DNA of 38,180 nt from a virus. The stretch spans positions 1 to 38,180 of IMG/VR virus record IMGVR_UViG_3300034170_000034. One strand, written 5' to 3'. A program made the position numbers and the translations under genes. Each line of letters begins with the position of its first letter. The stretch's first letter is position 1. Below, piece after piece: positions 8,704 through 16,697 of the stretch. The notes beneath the pieces were generated by a model that was not told the DNA's origin, made no database searches, and worked only from the letters and a program-made list of their open reading frames with translations.

Positions 8704-10295
8704 GCTGCGGCTCCATGTTGTTTCAGTGCAGCGTCACTGGCCTGCTGCGCCATCATTTGCTGCTGCGCCTGCTGTTGCTGTTCCTGCTGAGCCTGTGCGC
8801 GGTCCTGGCGGATCTTGTCCCGATCGGCAGAGCTGCGGATGATCGAGCCAGGCACGCCCAAGGCCTCACCCTTGAAGCGCTGCGCTTCGTCCATGTCGAT
8901 GTTGTCCATCACTGTGGGGTCAGCCTGAGCAACGATCAGCGCGCCCTGGATGAACGTATCGATAGCCGTCACCTCCTCCAGCTTCTGGGATCGGGCCAGC
9001 GGCGACAGGTAGCGCACGGTGAAGTTGCGACCGGCCAGTGATTCAGGCGCGACACCCAGCACGCCAGCGCGGTAAGCGATGCCGAAGCAACGCTCGATCA
9101 TCGGTTGCAGGTACTCGGTTTGCAGCCGGCCATACACCGGGCCAAGCAACTGGCGGATCAGGTTCACCCGCACATGCACCTCTGTGGCAGTCATCGCCGG
9201 GCCGTCCTGGGCCTGGAGCTGGTCGGCCATCAGGATCTTGCGGATAGAGCCCTGCAGGCGCTGGATCTTGGTCTCGGCGTACTGGAAGTTGGAGCCGCTT
9301 TGCAACGGCTTCATGCTGTCCACGCTGTTGGCCACGATGATCTTGCGCGGCCCGACCTTGACGGTGCGCGGGTTCAGCACGCCGTCATCCTCAGCAATCC
9401 ACATGCCAGCGATGGCCAGGTCACCGGCCGCCAGGTCCATGCGGCACAGTTCGTTCAGGGTGCGCGCGTCAGGCAAGGCGTCGAACACCGGGCCCACCGC
9501 GTACACGCTGTCTGGAATCATCATCCAGCGCGGCACGACGACGGGCATTTCGTGGTAGCCCGACTCGCTGACCAGCTTCTTGGCCGCCACCTCGACCTTG
9601 CATGACGCCACCGGCATGTTCTTCGCCAGCTTGGCGTTGACCATATGAGTGGTGCGCGGGTAGATCGCGTGAACGAACTTGACCGGCTCCTGCGGCTTGT
9701 CCTTGGCCAGCTTGCGCGTGCCGTCGCTCAGGTTCTCTTCTCCGAACTCGTTTACTGCCTGCTCGGCGGTGAGCGTGTATTCCCGGTACACGGTGTCGAT
9801 CTTGCCGCCAGCCTTGGACGCTGAGGCGTACACGCTCGCAATAGGCCACAGATCGAACGTGAAGCCGCCCTTCTCCATGTCCTGATCGATGTACAGGGCA
9901 AACCATCCAGCGCACACGACGTCAATCAACCCCTCAAAGGCGGCCGCGTCGAAGTTGGATGCGTGGATGTTCTGCCAAAGGATGTCGGCCGAGTCATCCA
10001 GCCAGCGGCGCTCGTCCTCGCTTTCCTGGCCAACGTCCATGCCGAACCACAGCGAGTTGGCCGGGGTCAGGCCCGACATGATCCCGGACGACAGAATCCG
10101 TGCCGCGTCCGTGGTGGTGCCATCGATCATCCTGGCTTTGCGCATCTGCGCCTCCAGGGCTGTGATCTGCTCCGTACAGAACCCACTCCCACGGATCGGA
10201 TAGCTGTGGTCGAAGCAATCGCGCCAGACCGTCTCGTGCGGTGAGCGGAGTGACTTCAAGGTGCTCAGCGTTTTGGCGATCTGGTCTGCGTTCAT
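8700..10295 (-). CDS. Portal (head-tail connector) protein, T7 gp8-like, 531 aa
   Basis: Its size and its position upstream of scaffold and capsid fit a portal. The Q-rich C-terminal tail (QAQQEQQQQAQQQMMAQQ) resembles T7 gp8. Confidence 0.8.
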   Translation of the reverse strand: MNADQIAKTLSTLKSLRSPHETVWRDCFDHSYPIRGSGFCTEQITALEAQMRKARMIDGTTTDAARILSSGIMSGLTPANSLWFGMDVGQESEDERRWLDDSADILWQNIHASNFDAAAFEGLIDVVCAGWFALYIDQDMEKGGFTFDLWPIASVYASASKAGGKIDTVYREYTLTAEQAVNEFGEENLSDGTRKLAKDKPQEPVKFVHAIYPRTTHMVNAKLAKNMPVASCKVEVAAKKLVSESGYHEMPVVVPRWMMIPDSVYAVGPVFDALPDARTLNELCRMDLAAGDLAIAGMWIAEDDGVLNPRTVKVGPRKIIVANSVDSMKPLQSGSNFQYAETKIQRLQGSIRKILMADQLQAQDGPAMTATEVHVRVNLIRQLLGPVYGRLQTEYLQPMIERCFGIAYRAGVLGVAPESLAGRNFTVRYLSPLARSQKLEEVTAIDTFIQGALIVAQADPTVMDNIDMDEAQRFKGEALGVPGSIIRSSADRDKIRQDRAQAQQEQQQQAQQQMMAQQASDAALKQHGAAA

Positions 10296-10495
10296 GCGCC
10301 GAGTGTCCTTTTCCCTTGATCAAGTACTGACCCAGCAGCGCCACCGGTGGAGAGCAGGCTGCTCTCGGCCTTGCGCTTCTTGCGGGTGGCGGTCTCTTCG
10401 TTGGCCTTCTGGGCGGCTAGGTCGGCGGCCTTCTGTGCCGTGACGGCTGGATCTTCGGTCTGAACTACCGCTGGCTTGCTTGGCTTGCTCCCCAT
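10292..10495 (-). CDS. Small basic hypothetical protein, 67 aa
   Basis: AAGGAG SD and an ATGA overlap with the portal start. Confidence 0.55.
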   Translation of the reverse strand: MGSKPSKPAVVQTEDPAVTAQKAADLAAQKANEETATRKKRKAESSLLSTGGAAGSVLDQGKRTLGA

Positions 10496-10499
10496 GGTG

Positions 10500-10874
10500 T
10501 TACTCCTTCACTGGTGGAACAGGGCAGAGCCAGCCTTCGCTGGTCAGCACGGGCTGCTTGATCGTGGTTGCGTCGATGGCGGAAGACTTGGCCTTGGTCG
10601 CAGCCTTTGCCTCGGGCTGTTGCTCGGCCTGCTTCACGAACGGCTCACCGCCGGCAATCAGGCGCTCAGCCTCGGCCTCAGCCTGTTCCTTTGCGCCTTC
10701 ACCGGTAGCGATGTAGTCGCTGAACCAGTCGTCAGCAGCAGTCGACCAGATCTTCCAGCGGCCACCGCCGTTGTGTTTGGCAACGAACAGGGCTGGTGCT
10801 GGGGTTTCAGGGGCTGGCGCGGTATTGGCGTTCAAGTCGCCGGGTGTCTGCGGGGTGAACTCTGGTGCGGGCAT
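10500..10874 (-). CDS. Hypothetical protein, 124 aa
   Basis: First ORF after late motif copy 2; GC3-biased. Confidence 0.55.
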   Translation of the reverse strand: MPAPEFTPQTPGDLNANTAPAPETPAPALFVAKHNGGGRWKIWSTAADDWFSDYIATGEGAKEQAEAEAERLIAGGEPFVKQAEQQPEAKAATKAKSSAIDATTIKQPVLTSEGWLCPVPPVKE

Positions 10875-10878
10875 TGGT

Positions 10879-10912
10879 CTGGCCTCGGTGGTTGTTGATC
10901 AACGAGGGCCAG
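10879..10912 (-). other. Hairpin enclosing the SD of the 124-aa gene
   Basis: Minus strand CTGGCCCTCG-ttgatcaacaaccac-CGAGGCCAG, with one bulge, ending 4 nt before the ATG at 10874. Confidence 0.55.
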
Positions 10913-10928
10913 AATCAATGGAGAGGGC

Positions 10929-10948
10929 TGTCGGGTTCCCGACTATTT
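10929..10948 (-). promoter_or_regulatory. Late-operon motif copy 2
   Basis: Minus strand AAATAGTCGGGAACCCGACA. The TAG inside the motif is the Rz stop codon. Confidence 0.8.
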
Positions 10949-11386
10949 CGCTGGTGTGCGCTTGCAGGTGAGTGCATACGCCTGAAGGCCAATCACTTGA
11001 GCGGTGACTTTGGCGTTGGCTGCAACGAGGTCGGCATAATCCTGTCGAGCATCTGCTGCAAGTTCGGGGGCGGCTGCATCAGGGCTGCCGGCGGGCTGGG
11101 GATTGGCTGGCACACAGGCGGCGCGGACGTACACGCGCTTAACGCCAGCGCCGAGATCAGCAACAAGCTGCGGCTTGGATTGTTCAGCATTGTGGATTGC
11201 CTCTTGGTACTGGGCGTCGATGGAATCGCGGACGGTTAGGTCCTGCTCGTATGCTGCTGCCTGGCCCTGGAGCGTGCCCACTAGCTCGTTGGCTGTATCC
11301 AGGCTGGTGCTGACATGATCAAGACGCCACAACGCCAGCAGCAGGCCAATGGCGAGCGCGGCGCAGATGCCAAGGATGATCTTCAT
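10943..11386 (-). CDS. Rz: i-spanin (Rz-like), 147 aa
   Basis: N-terminal TM segment (MKIILGICAALAIGLLLALW), a coiled-coil, and a KRVYVRAAC motif. It is last in the lysis cassette and contains an embedded lipoprotein ORF. Confidence 0.8.
   Translation of the reverse strand: MKIILGICAALAIGLLLALWRLDHVSTSLDTANELVGTLQGQAAAYEQDLTVRDSIDAQYQEAIHNAEQSKPQLVADLGAGVKRVYVRAACVPANPQPAGSPDAAAPELAADARQDYADLVAANAKVTAQVIGLQAYALTCKRTPAK
10993..11190 (-). CDS. Rz1: o-spanin (Rz1-like lipoprotein) embedded in Rz in another frame, 65 aa
   Basis: LLLISALALSAC lipobox-like signal followed by a proline-rich mature part. Confidence 0.75.
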   Translation of the reverse strand: MLNNPSRSLLLISALALSACTSAPPVCQPIPSPPAALMQPPPNLQQMLDRIMPTSLQPTPKSPLK

Positions 11387-11805
11387 GCCAGCGCCATCCG
11401 CACGCCTTCATCGATCTCGCCCTTGATGTACGGGTTGTATCCGTTCTCGTGCCGGATGATCGCGGTCACCATGGGGGTAAGCATGGCCGGACTGCGTAGG
11501 TCGATGTTCGCGTAGGAGGTCACACTCATGGCCTGGGCCACCGCTTCGGCGTAAGCCCTGGTGTTGTTCTCGGTGGCAGGCGCCCAGCGGCCAATGATCT
11601 GGGCCACAGTCTTGAGCCCATGCTTGGCCTGGTAGGTCAGCAGCAGCTTGGCCAGGGCACGGATGCCGTTCTCGGGAGAGTCGAACCGGGCAAACCGTTT
11701 CTCAAGCACCGGGTTGGGCGGTAGCTGACCGCGCCACTTGTTCGCCGGCACGTAGTCGATGTTGCCGGGGTTGTTGTTGCGGATGCCACGGGATTGAGCG
11801 GACAT
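11383..11805 (-). CDS. Endolysin (lysozyme-like peptidoglycan hydrolase), 140 aa
   Basis: Lies between the holins and Rz. Carries the GIRNNNPGNI motif that I associate with a family of small phage muralytic enzymes. ATGA overlap with Rz. Confidence 0.7.
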   Translation of the reverse strand: MSAQSRGIRNNNPGNIDYVPANKWRGQLPPNPVLEKRFARFDSPENGIRALAKLLLTYQAKHGLKTVAQIIGRWAPATENNTRAYAEAVAQAMSVTSYANIDLRSPAMLTPMVTAIIRHENGYNPYIKGEIDEGVRMALA

Positions 11806-11819
11806 GGTTGGGTCTCAGG

Positions 11820-12047
11820 CTATTGGCCGGCTGGAGGTTCTTGATTGCGGAGCTTCGATTGCTGAACAACCCTGGCAATGGCCACACCAACGCTGAGCAC
11901 CATGTTGACGATGGCGAACACCAGTGGGTCGACTGCACCCTGGAACACCGACCATGCGGCTGCGGCTGCGTTGAGGACGGCACACGCGATAGCCAACTGA
12001 ACGCTGGTCATGCGCCAGAACTTGCGCCACTCGGGTATGAGCTTCAT
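11820..12047 (-). CDS. Holin/antiholin-like membrane protein, 75 aa
   Basis: Two hydrophobic segments and a charged C-terminus, inside the lysis cassette. Confidence 0.6.
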   Translation of the reverse strand: MKLIPEWRKFWRMTSVQLAIACAVLNAAAAAWSVFQGAVDPLVFAIVNMVLSVGVAIARVVQQSKLRNQEPPAGQ

Positions 12048-12343
12048 GGGCGTAACTGATCGCGCAATGCTCGACGGCGATCAGCGCTCTCTCTAAGCCG
12101 CTCTGCACTCTCGGCATGCTCACGGCGATCCCTGCGCACCTGGAAGTAAAGATTGGTCAGCAGGCCCAGCACCGCAATGACAACGCCAGACACGCCAATC
12201 CAATTCACCTGGGAGAAGAAACCAACAAGGCCCACCGCGCCGCCCGTGAGCATCCCTTTGCTGGCGACTGACGCGCCAACGACCTCTACGATGCTCTCGG
12301 GTGCTGGGTTGGCCATACTGCTACTCCTATCTGGAGCCTTCAT
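12044..12343 (-). CDS. Holin-like membrane protein, 99 aa
   Basis: Hydrophobic core (GGAVGLVGFFSQVNWIGVSGVVIAVLGLL) and a highly charged C-terminus. GGAGG SD. First gene after the terminator. Confidence 0.6.
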   Translation of the reverse strand: MKAPDRSSSMANPAPESIVEVVGASVASKGMLTGGAVGLVGFFSQVNWIGVSGVVIAVLGLLTNLYFQVRRDRREHAESAERLRESADRRRALRDQLRP

Positions 12344-12360
12344 GGGTGGCCTCCAGGGTC

Positions 12361-12391
12361 AAAAAAAAGCCCAGCGCGTGGTGGCTGGGCT
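12361..12391 (-). terminator. Strong rho-independent terminator between the early nin-like genes and the lysis cassette (tR'-like position)
   Basis: Minus strand AGCCCAGC-caccacgc-GCTGGGCT followed by TTTTTTTT. Confidence 0.8.
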
Positions 12392-12421
12392 GCGATGACG
12401 GTAAGAGTCGTCTGGGTCAGG

Positions 12422-12441
12422 TGTCGGAATCCCGACTATTT
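12422..12441 (-). promoter_or_regulatory. Late-operon motif copy 3
   Basis: Minus strand AAATAGTCGGGATTCCGACA. Its TAG is the stop of the 133-aa gene, and the terminator stem begins 30 nt downstream (12391). Confidence 0.8.
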
Positions 12442-12837
12442 CCGACCTCCACACCAGAACTCGTACAGTTCCGTAGTCATCTTACTGATGTAGACGCCGT
12501 CATCCTGGTCAGTGTTATAGCCTTTCTGGTGCGCTAGAGCCTCAAACGCGTCCCTGCTTCCGCGATACCCATCCACAAGAGTTGGCAGCGCATCAACATC
12601 GTTACCAATAACGTATACGGCACCCCTGAAACCCATGCCGCTGTGCATCGGCTCACGCCTGTAAATCACCTCTTCAACCGTAATGCACTCCGGCACACCT
12701 GGACCTTCGTAGCGCGTGGCACGGGTTTTTGGCAGCACGGCACAACGGATACTCGGCACACCCTCTAGGACTGACATGCGCACGCCATCCTTCGGGCCAC
12801 CAATCAGCAAAACGTTTTCATATTTCATACGAGCCAT
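12436..12837 (-). CDS. Hypothetical protein in the lambda Q position, 133 aa
   Basis: Trimmed to the ATG at 12837 (MARMKYENVLLIGGPKDG). I recognise no Q-like zinc motif. The function is unknown. Confidence 0.55.
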   Translation of the reverse strand: MARMKYENVLLIGGPKDGVRMSVLEGVPSIRCAVLPKTRATRYEGPGVPECITVEEVIYRREPMHSGMGFRGAVYVIGNDVDALPTLVDGYRGSRDAFEALAHQKGYNTDQDDGVYISKMTTELYEFWCGGRK

Positions 12838-12844
12838 CCCATGT

Positions 12845-13105
12845 TTAGGCCTTCGAATGATAAGCCCACCAGTCACCAATCGCGACCATGGGCAATGATT
12901 TACGGTCCCGGCCTGTAGCCTGAACCCAGAACTGAACAAGACGCTCGCCCTCGGTGTATCGAGGTTCAGCGCCCTGCTTCCAACCAATCAGTGTCGACCG
13001 AGGCACCTTGATCACCTCCGCCGCCGACTGGATCGAATACCCAGCACGCAGAATCCCGTTGATGACCTGGAACCAGTCAACGCGCACCTCGGCCTGGGCG
13101 AGCAT
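12845..13105 (-). CDS. Small HTH DNA-binding protein (NinH-position), 86 aa
   Basis: GYSIQSAAEVIKVPRSTLIGWKQG reads as a helix-turn-helix. Confidence 0.55.
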   Translation of the reverse strand: MLAQAEVRVDWFQVINGILRAGYSIQSAAEVIKVPRSTLIGWKQGAEPRYTEGERLVQFWVQATGRDRKSLPMVAIGDWWAYHSKA

Positions 13106-13107
13106 GG

Positions 13108-13443
13108 TCAGGCGCTCACTGCACGCGACACAGCGTCAGCAATGGCGCTACGCGGGTAGCATGACAACTTCCCCCGGCAACGGCTGTCGCCGCACGCACA
13201 AAAGCGAATATCGAACCAACTGTCGCGGCCCTCGGGCGGAGTGAGTAACTCCCAGAAGCCTGTAATCACTGGCGCGGCTCCACGGCCATATGTTTCGGTA
13301 GTGGCCGACTCTTTGAACAACATCCGCCCATATGCGCGACCATATGTGACGAGCTCTGTCCACAGTTCCTCCCACTCGGCACGTATTTGAGCCATTTCCA
13401 GCTCATCCCGGATGCGCAACTGCTCCATCGTCGGGACTTTCAT
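13108..13443 (-). CDS. Hypothetical protein, 111 aa
   Basis: ATGA overlap with the NinG stop, and GC3 bias. Confidence 0.55.
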   Translation of the reverse strand: MKVPTMEQLRIRDELEMAQIRAEWEELWTELVTYGRAYGRMLFKESATTETYGRGAAPVITGFWELLTPPEGRDSWFDIRFCACGDSRCRGKLSCYPRSAIADAVSRAVSA

Positions 13444-14069
13444 GCAGCACCTCCAAACGCGTGCGCGCGCGAGGCACAGTTGGTATCAGCACCCTTCCCC
13501 ACCAATTCCTTCAACATGGCCCTGTACCTCGCTTTGATCTGCTTCAAGTCGTCGATGGTGTAGCGCTGTGGTTCGTGTGGGCCTTCCAGCCATGCAAGCT
13601 TTTCGGCCCCGATCTTCTGCAAAAGACGTGGGCGGTAACCGAGGATGTTCCCGGACTTGCCCATGTTGCAGTTGCGGTTGCACTGGCGATGCACGTTCAG
13701 TGGTTCGAAGCGCAGCTCTGGGCATGAGCCGACTGTGCGGTAGTGCCCGGCGCAGTACTGGACATCGGCCGTGGTTCCGCACGATATGCATGGTTGCCCG
13801 GCGTCCCTTGCTCTCACGTAGGCGTTGAAAGCCTTCTGTGCCTCGTCCATGTACTGGGGTTTGGTCTTAACGCGCTCCTTGGCCGCTCTCAGCTCCTTCC
13901 TGCCTACATCAGCGAGAGCCTTGCGGGCTTTGTTTTGATTCACGTCCTTGATGGCGAGACCACATGGGTAGCTGCATACGGCTTGACCCAGGCGCTGAGC
14001 GACGAACTTCTCGCCGCATGCTGGGTTCTTGCAGGTCTTCGGGCGGGGCTGTTTGGCTGGGAGGCTCAT
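13440..14069 (-). CDS. ninG: NinG/Rap-family recombination endonuclease, 209 aa
   Basis: CKNPACGEKF...CSYPC zinc cluster, CAGHYRTVGSCPELRF, and NVHRQCNRNCNMGKSGN...YR, as in lambda NinG. Confidence 0.8.
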   Translation of the reverse strand: MSLPAKQPRPKTCKNPACGEKFVAQRLGQAVCSYPCGLAIKDVNQNKARKALADVGRKELRAAKERVKTKPQYMDEAQKAFNAYVRARDAGQPCISCGTTADVQYCAGHYRTVGSCPELRFEPLNVHRQCNRNCNMGKSGNILGYRPRLLQKIGAEKLAWLEGPHEPQRYTIDDLKQIKARYRAMLKELVGKGADTNCASRAHAFGGAA

Positions 14070-14506
14070 GCAGCCTTCCTTTCGCCGTAGATGGCGTACA
14101 TCAGGTCATCAGGATGCGGGAGCAAGAGCTGCAGGTGTTCGGCGCAGTAGGCGTCCAGGCGCTCCAAGTACTCGGTCATCTCAGCGATGGTGAACTTACG
14201 AGTCTTGGCCCGCCCCACGCGGTATTGGGTGCCGTCTGGCAGACGAACAGGATGCACCTCGGCGGGCCACAGCTTCGAAACCAGGATCTCGTGCCACTCT
14301 TCTGAGCTGGCGAGCTGGCCGAAGGAATCGCGCAGGTGCGACTGGATCAGGCCGTTCCACATCCACAGCAGCTTGTTCTGTGCGTCACTGCGCTTGCTGC
14401 GGATCTCGACGATGGTCAGCTTGCGCGGCTTGGACAGGTCCAGGGCTGTCAGGTAGCCGATCAGCCGTGTGCGATCAGATTCGTTGCGGAGCATGAGGTC
14501 AGTCAT
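14066..14506 (-). CDS. ninB: NinB/Orf-family recombination mediator, 146 aa
   Basis: Trimmed to the ATG at 14506. Carries the KRSDAQNKLLWMW motif, and its length equals that of lambda NinB. Confidence 0.75.
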   Translation of the reverse strand: MTDLMLRNESDRTRLIGYLTALDLSKPRKLTIVEIRSKRSDAQNKLLWMWNGLIQSHLRDSFGQLASSEEWHEILVSKLWPAEVHPVRLPDGTQYRVGRAKTRKFTIAEMTEYLERLDAYCAEHLQLLLPHPDDLMYAIYGERKAA

Positions 14507-14682
14507 GGCTTCGAACTCCACGTTTGCCACATAGCGATTGCCATAATCACCGTGAACGGCCATACCAAAACGAGGAGCGCGAGCCCGAAGTACTCCCACA
14601 CCTCACGCTTTACTTTCAGGGCCAAATCAACCCCAAGCGCCCATCCAAGAACGAATACAGCGAAAAGCGCGTAGGCGATCAT
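14503..14682 (-). CDS. Small two-TM membrane protein, 59 aa (below the ORF-track cutoff)
   Basis: ATGA overlaps at both ends. Translates as MIAYALFAVFVLGWALGVDLALKVKREVWEYFGLALLVLVWPFTVIMAIAMWQTWSSKP. Confidence 0.55.
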   Translation of the reverse strand: MIAYALFAVFVLGWALGVDLALKVKREVWEYFGLALLVLVWPFTVIMAIAMWQTWSSKP

Positions 14683-15392
14683 GTCCGTTGCTCCGTGGGT
14701 TTCTTGCCGAACTTTGCCATCAGCAACGCGCGGGCTGACTGCCCATCAGTCGGGATGCCTTGCTGGATGATTCGTTCTTGGGTTTTTTGGTCTGCCAGTT
14801 CGTTGGCCAATTCGAAGGCGGTCTTCTGGCTGTCGTGGCCGATGCCGGTCAGGATCTTGCCGTCGAGCGGCTGGCCTTCCTGGGCGCGGCGGATCACGAT
14901 CGCGTAGTTGTGATCGAAGCGCTGGCGCAACCCCTTGTCTTCCTGCTTGGCGCTGCGCAAGTCGAAGATCCCGGTCTCGTTGGCAGCGATGCGCACACCG
15001 TCGTGGCTGTAGACGCCCATCAGGGCTTCCATCCAGGCTGCTGGAGCATTTGGCATGCCGAAGTCTTCAGGGCTTGGCACGCACATGGCGATGAATTCAC
15101 CAACGCTTGGCGCAAATGGCTTCTTGAGCTTGCGGCACTTCTGGATACCGAACTCGATCTGCTCCAGGGTGCGGATGCCGACGTCGGCAAATTCCTTGAT
15201 CCATTCGGCCTTGGCGGAGTCGAGCGCTTCGGTGGATGGCCAGGCCTGGCGCCATGCTGGGAAGATCCCACGCAGCCGGCGGAACAGGTCGTTTACCACC
15301 TCGGCGGTTTCGTGAGTGACGTGCACCGGCTCAGATTGAATCGCTGGCGGCAGGTTGCCGATGGTTGCGAGAAGCTGGCTGACCTGCTTCAT
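14679..15392 (-). CDS. P: Replication protein P homologue (helicase loader), 237 aa
   Basis: VNDLFRRLRGIFPAW...AEWIKEFADVGIRTLEQIEFGIQKCRKLKKPFAPSVGEFIAMC aligns by eye with lambda P INGVFSQLLATFPAS...RRQWVLAFRENGITTMEQV...RPFLPSPGQFVAWC. Confidence 0.8.
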   Translation of the reverse strand: MKQVSQLLATIGNLPPAIQSEPVHVTHETAEVVNDLFRRLRGIFPAWRQAWPSTEALDSAKAEWIKEFADVGIRTLEQIEFGIQKCRKLKKPFAPSVGEFIAMCVPSPEDFGMPNAPAAWMEALMGVYSHDGVRIAANETGIFDLRSAKQEDKGLRQRFDHNYAIVIRRAQEGQPLDGKILTGIGHDSQKTAFELANELADQKTQERIIQQGIPTDGQSARALLMAKFGKKPTEQRT

Positions 15393-16093
15393 GGGCGCAC
15401 CATCAGGTTATTTGCCCAGTCGGTGCTGTCGAAGTCCGGCTCGTTGCGGTTTGGCAGGCGGTGGACGTTGCTGGTGGTCTTGTCCGGGAAGATCCCGGTC
15501 CAGCCGTTGGAAATTGAGTTGACCAGCACCTGGTCCGGGGTGGCGTGCCCTTCCAGCGCCTTGGCCTGCTGCTCGCAGCTCTTGGCGGTCAGTGGCTTGT
15601 GGATCTCACGGCGGTGTTGGCACCAATCGGCCCAGACTTGGGCGGACACGTTGGCTGGCTTGGCAGTGAGCGGATCGAACTTGCATGGCTTCGGCTTCAC
15701 CGGTGCGGGAGCGGGAGCGACATGCTTTTGATCTTGTTCTGTATCTGTATCTGTATCTGGGGGCGTTACTGTAACGTTACATGACTGTTTCTTCTTTGCA
15801 CGATGGGCTGCAACCCGCGCCCTGCTTGAGTCGGATACGAATTGGCGACGGTCCCAAGAGGTAGGCATGCAGTCCTCATCAATGAGGCCTTTGCTCAAGA
15901 AAAGCGCCTTTGTGGTGGCCCACTCTTCGTTACTGATACGCAGCTGAAACGCTATCTCCGTTTCATGTAACGTTACACCGTCGTTACTGCAACGAAGGCA
16001 GAGCAGCATGACGAAGCGGCGCTGATCAGCCTCGCTCATCATCTGGACTTTCGGGTCAGTGGCGAACTCGCCATACATCCGGAACCAATCCAC
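15389..16093 (-). CDS. Replication initiator-like protein (DUF1376/YdaU-type N-terminus, O-position), 234 aa
   Basis: MDWFRMYGEFATDPKV start. Lies upstream of P and overlaps it. Confidence 0.6.
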   Translation of the reverse strand: MDWFRMYGEFATDPKVQMMSEADQRRFVMLLCLRCSNDGVTLHETEIAFQLRISNEEWATTKALFLSKGLIDEDCMPTSWDRRQFVSDSSRARVAAHRAKKKQSCNVTVTPPDTDTDTEQDQKHVAPAPAPVKPKPCKFDPLTAKPANVSAQVWADWCQHRREIHKPLTAKSCEQQAKALEGHATPDQVLVNSISNGWTGIFPDKTTSNVHRLPNRNEPDFDSTDWANNLMVRP

Positions 16094-16095
16094 GG

Positions 16096-16404
16096 CTATT
16101 CCTCCTGCAACTGATCAACGTTCTGGATCAGATCCATGTACCGCTTGGCCTGGTGCAGAAGGGTTTCAATATCCCGCTTGTCGAAGCACTGCATGGCCTT
16201 CGGCACGACCTTCAAGTCGAGTACGGCCAGGATCTGGCAGAACTGCTCAAACCGTTCCGGCTTCATGCGGCTGATCGTTGCTTCGTCAACACCGACTGCA
16301 TGCGCCACAGGAGCATTGCCGACCGATGCAAGCTGCTGCATGAGAACGGCGTAGTTCTTGCGGGCCCTTACGGTCTGTTCTTGGCTTAATGGGCTCGTCG
16401 ACAT
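16096..16404 (-). CDS. cII: CII-like transcriptional activator, 102 aa
   Basis: AHAVGVDEATISRMKPERFEQFCQILAVLDLKVV compares closely with lambda CII AEAVGVDKSQISRWKRDWIPKFSMLLAVLEWGVV. Confidence 0.85.
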   Translation of the reverse strand: MSTSPLSQEQTVRARKNYAVLMQQLASVGNAPVAHAVGVDEATISRMKPERFEQFCQILAVLDLKVVPKAMQCFDKRDIETLLHQAKRYMDLIQNVDQLQEE

Positions 16405-16406
16405 GA

Positions 16407-16598
16407 TCAGGCCGCCGACTTGGAGGCCCGATCAGCCTGTTGGTGCAGGCTCTCGATTGCCTTGCCGAGCTGGTAGCTGACCATTGCGCCATTGGCTGCA
16501 CGCGAGATAGTTGGCTGTGTGGTACCGCACTTTTCAGCAACCGCTGTCTGCGACAGACCGAGCTTGAATAGTCGATTCAACATCTCTTGAATTGTCAT
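16407..16598 (-). CDS. cro: Cro-like HTH repressor, 63 aa
   Basis: Trimmed to the ATG at 16598. HTH reads LSQTAVAEKCGTTQPTISRAANG. Divergent from cI. Confidence 0.7.
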   Translation of the reverse strand: MTIQEMLNRLFKLGLSQTAVAEKCGTTQPTISRAANGAMVSYQLGKAIESLHQQADRASKSAA

Positions 16599-16629
16599 GT
16601 TGGGAATCCTATGAGGTTTTGCATAACAA

Positions 16630-16658
16630 ATCATACGAATCTGCATGGCGCAATGCAA
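16630..16658 (-). promoter_or_regulatory. PR-like promoter for the cro operon
   Basis: Minus strand TTGCAT, a 17-nt spacer, then TATGAT. The operator overlaps the -10. Confidence 0.6.
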
Positions 16659-16682
16659 TAGAATTCTCATAATGCATTTACG

Positions 16683-16688
16683 TATACT
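16683..16688 (+). promoter_or_regulatory. PRM-like -10 (TATACT) giving a near-leaderless cI mRNA
   Basis: TATACT ends 9 nt before the cI ATG. There is no usable SD and only a poor -35. Confidence 0.4.
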
Positions 16689-16697
16689 GGTGGACTG

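Larger units (their letters stand above)
16599..16697. promoter_or_regulatory. Immunity switch (OR-like) region with operators 16633..16646 and 16672..16685
   Basis: There are 14-bp imperfect palindromes: ATACGAATCTGCAT (reverse complement ATGCAGATTCGTAT) and ATGCATTTACGTAT. A possible third degenerate site lies at 16653..16670. Confidence 0.6.

Noticed and set aside
12436-12987. The full 183-aa ORF as annotated by the ORF track
   Set aside because: Its first 50 codons overlap the 86-aa HTH gene in another frame. The ATG at 12837, just after that gene's stop, is the more plausible start.
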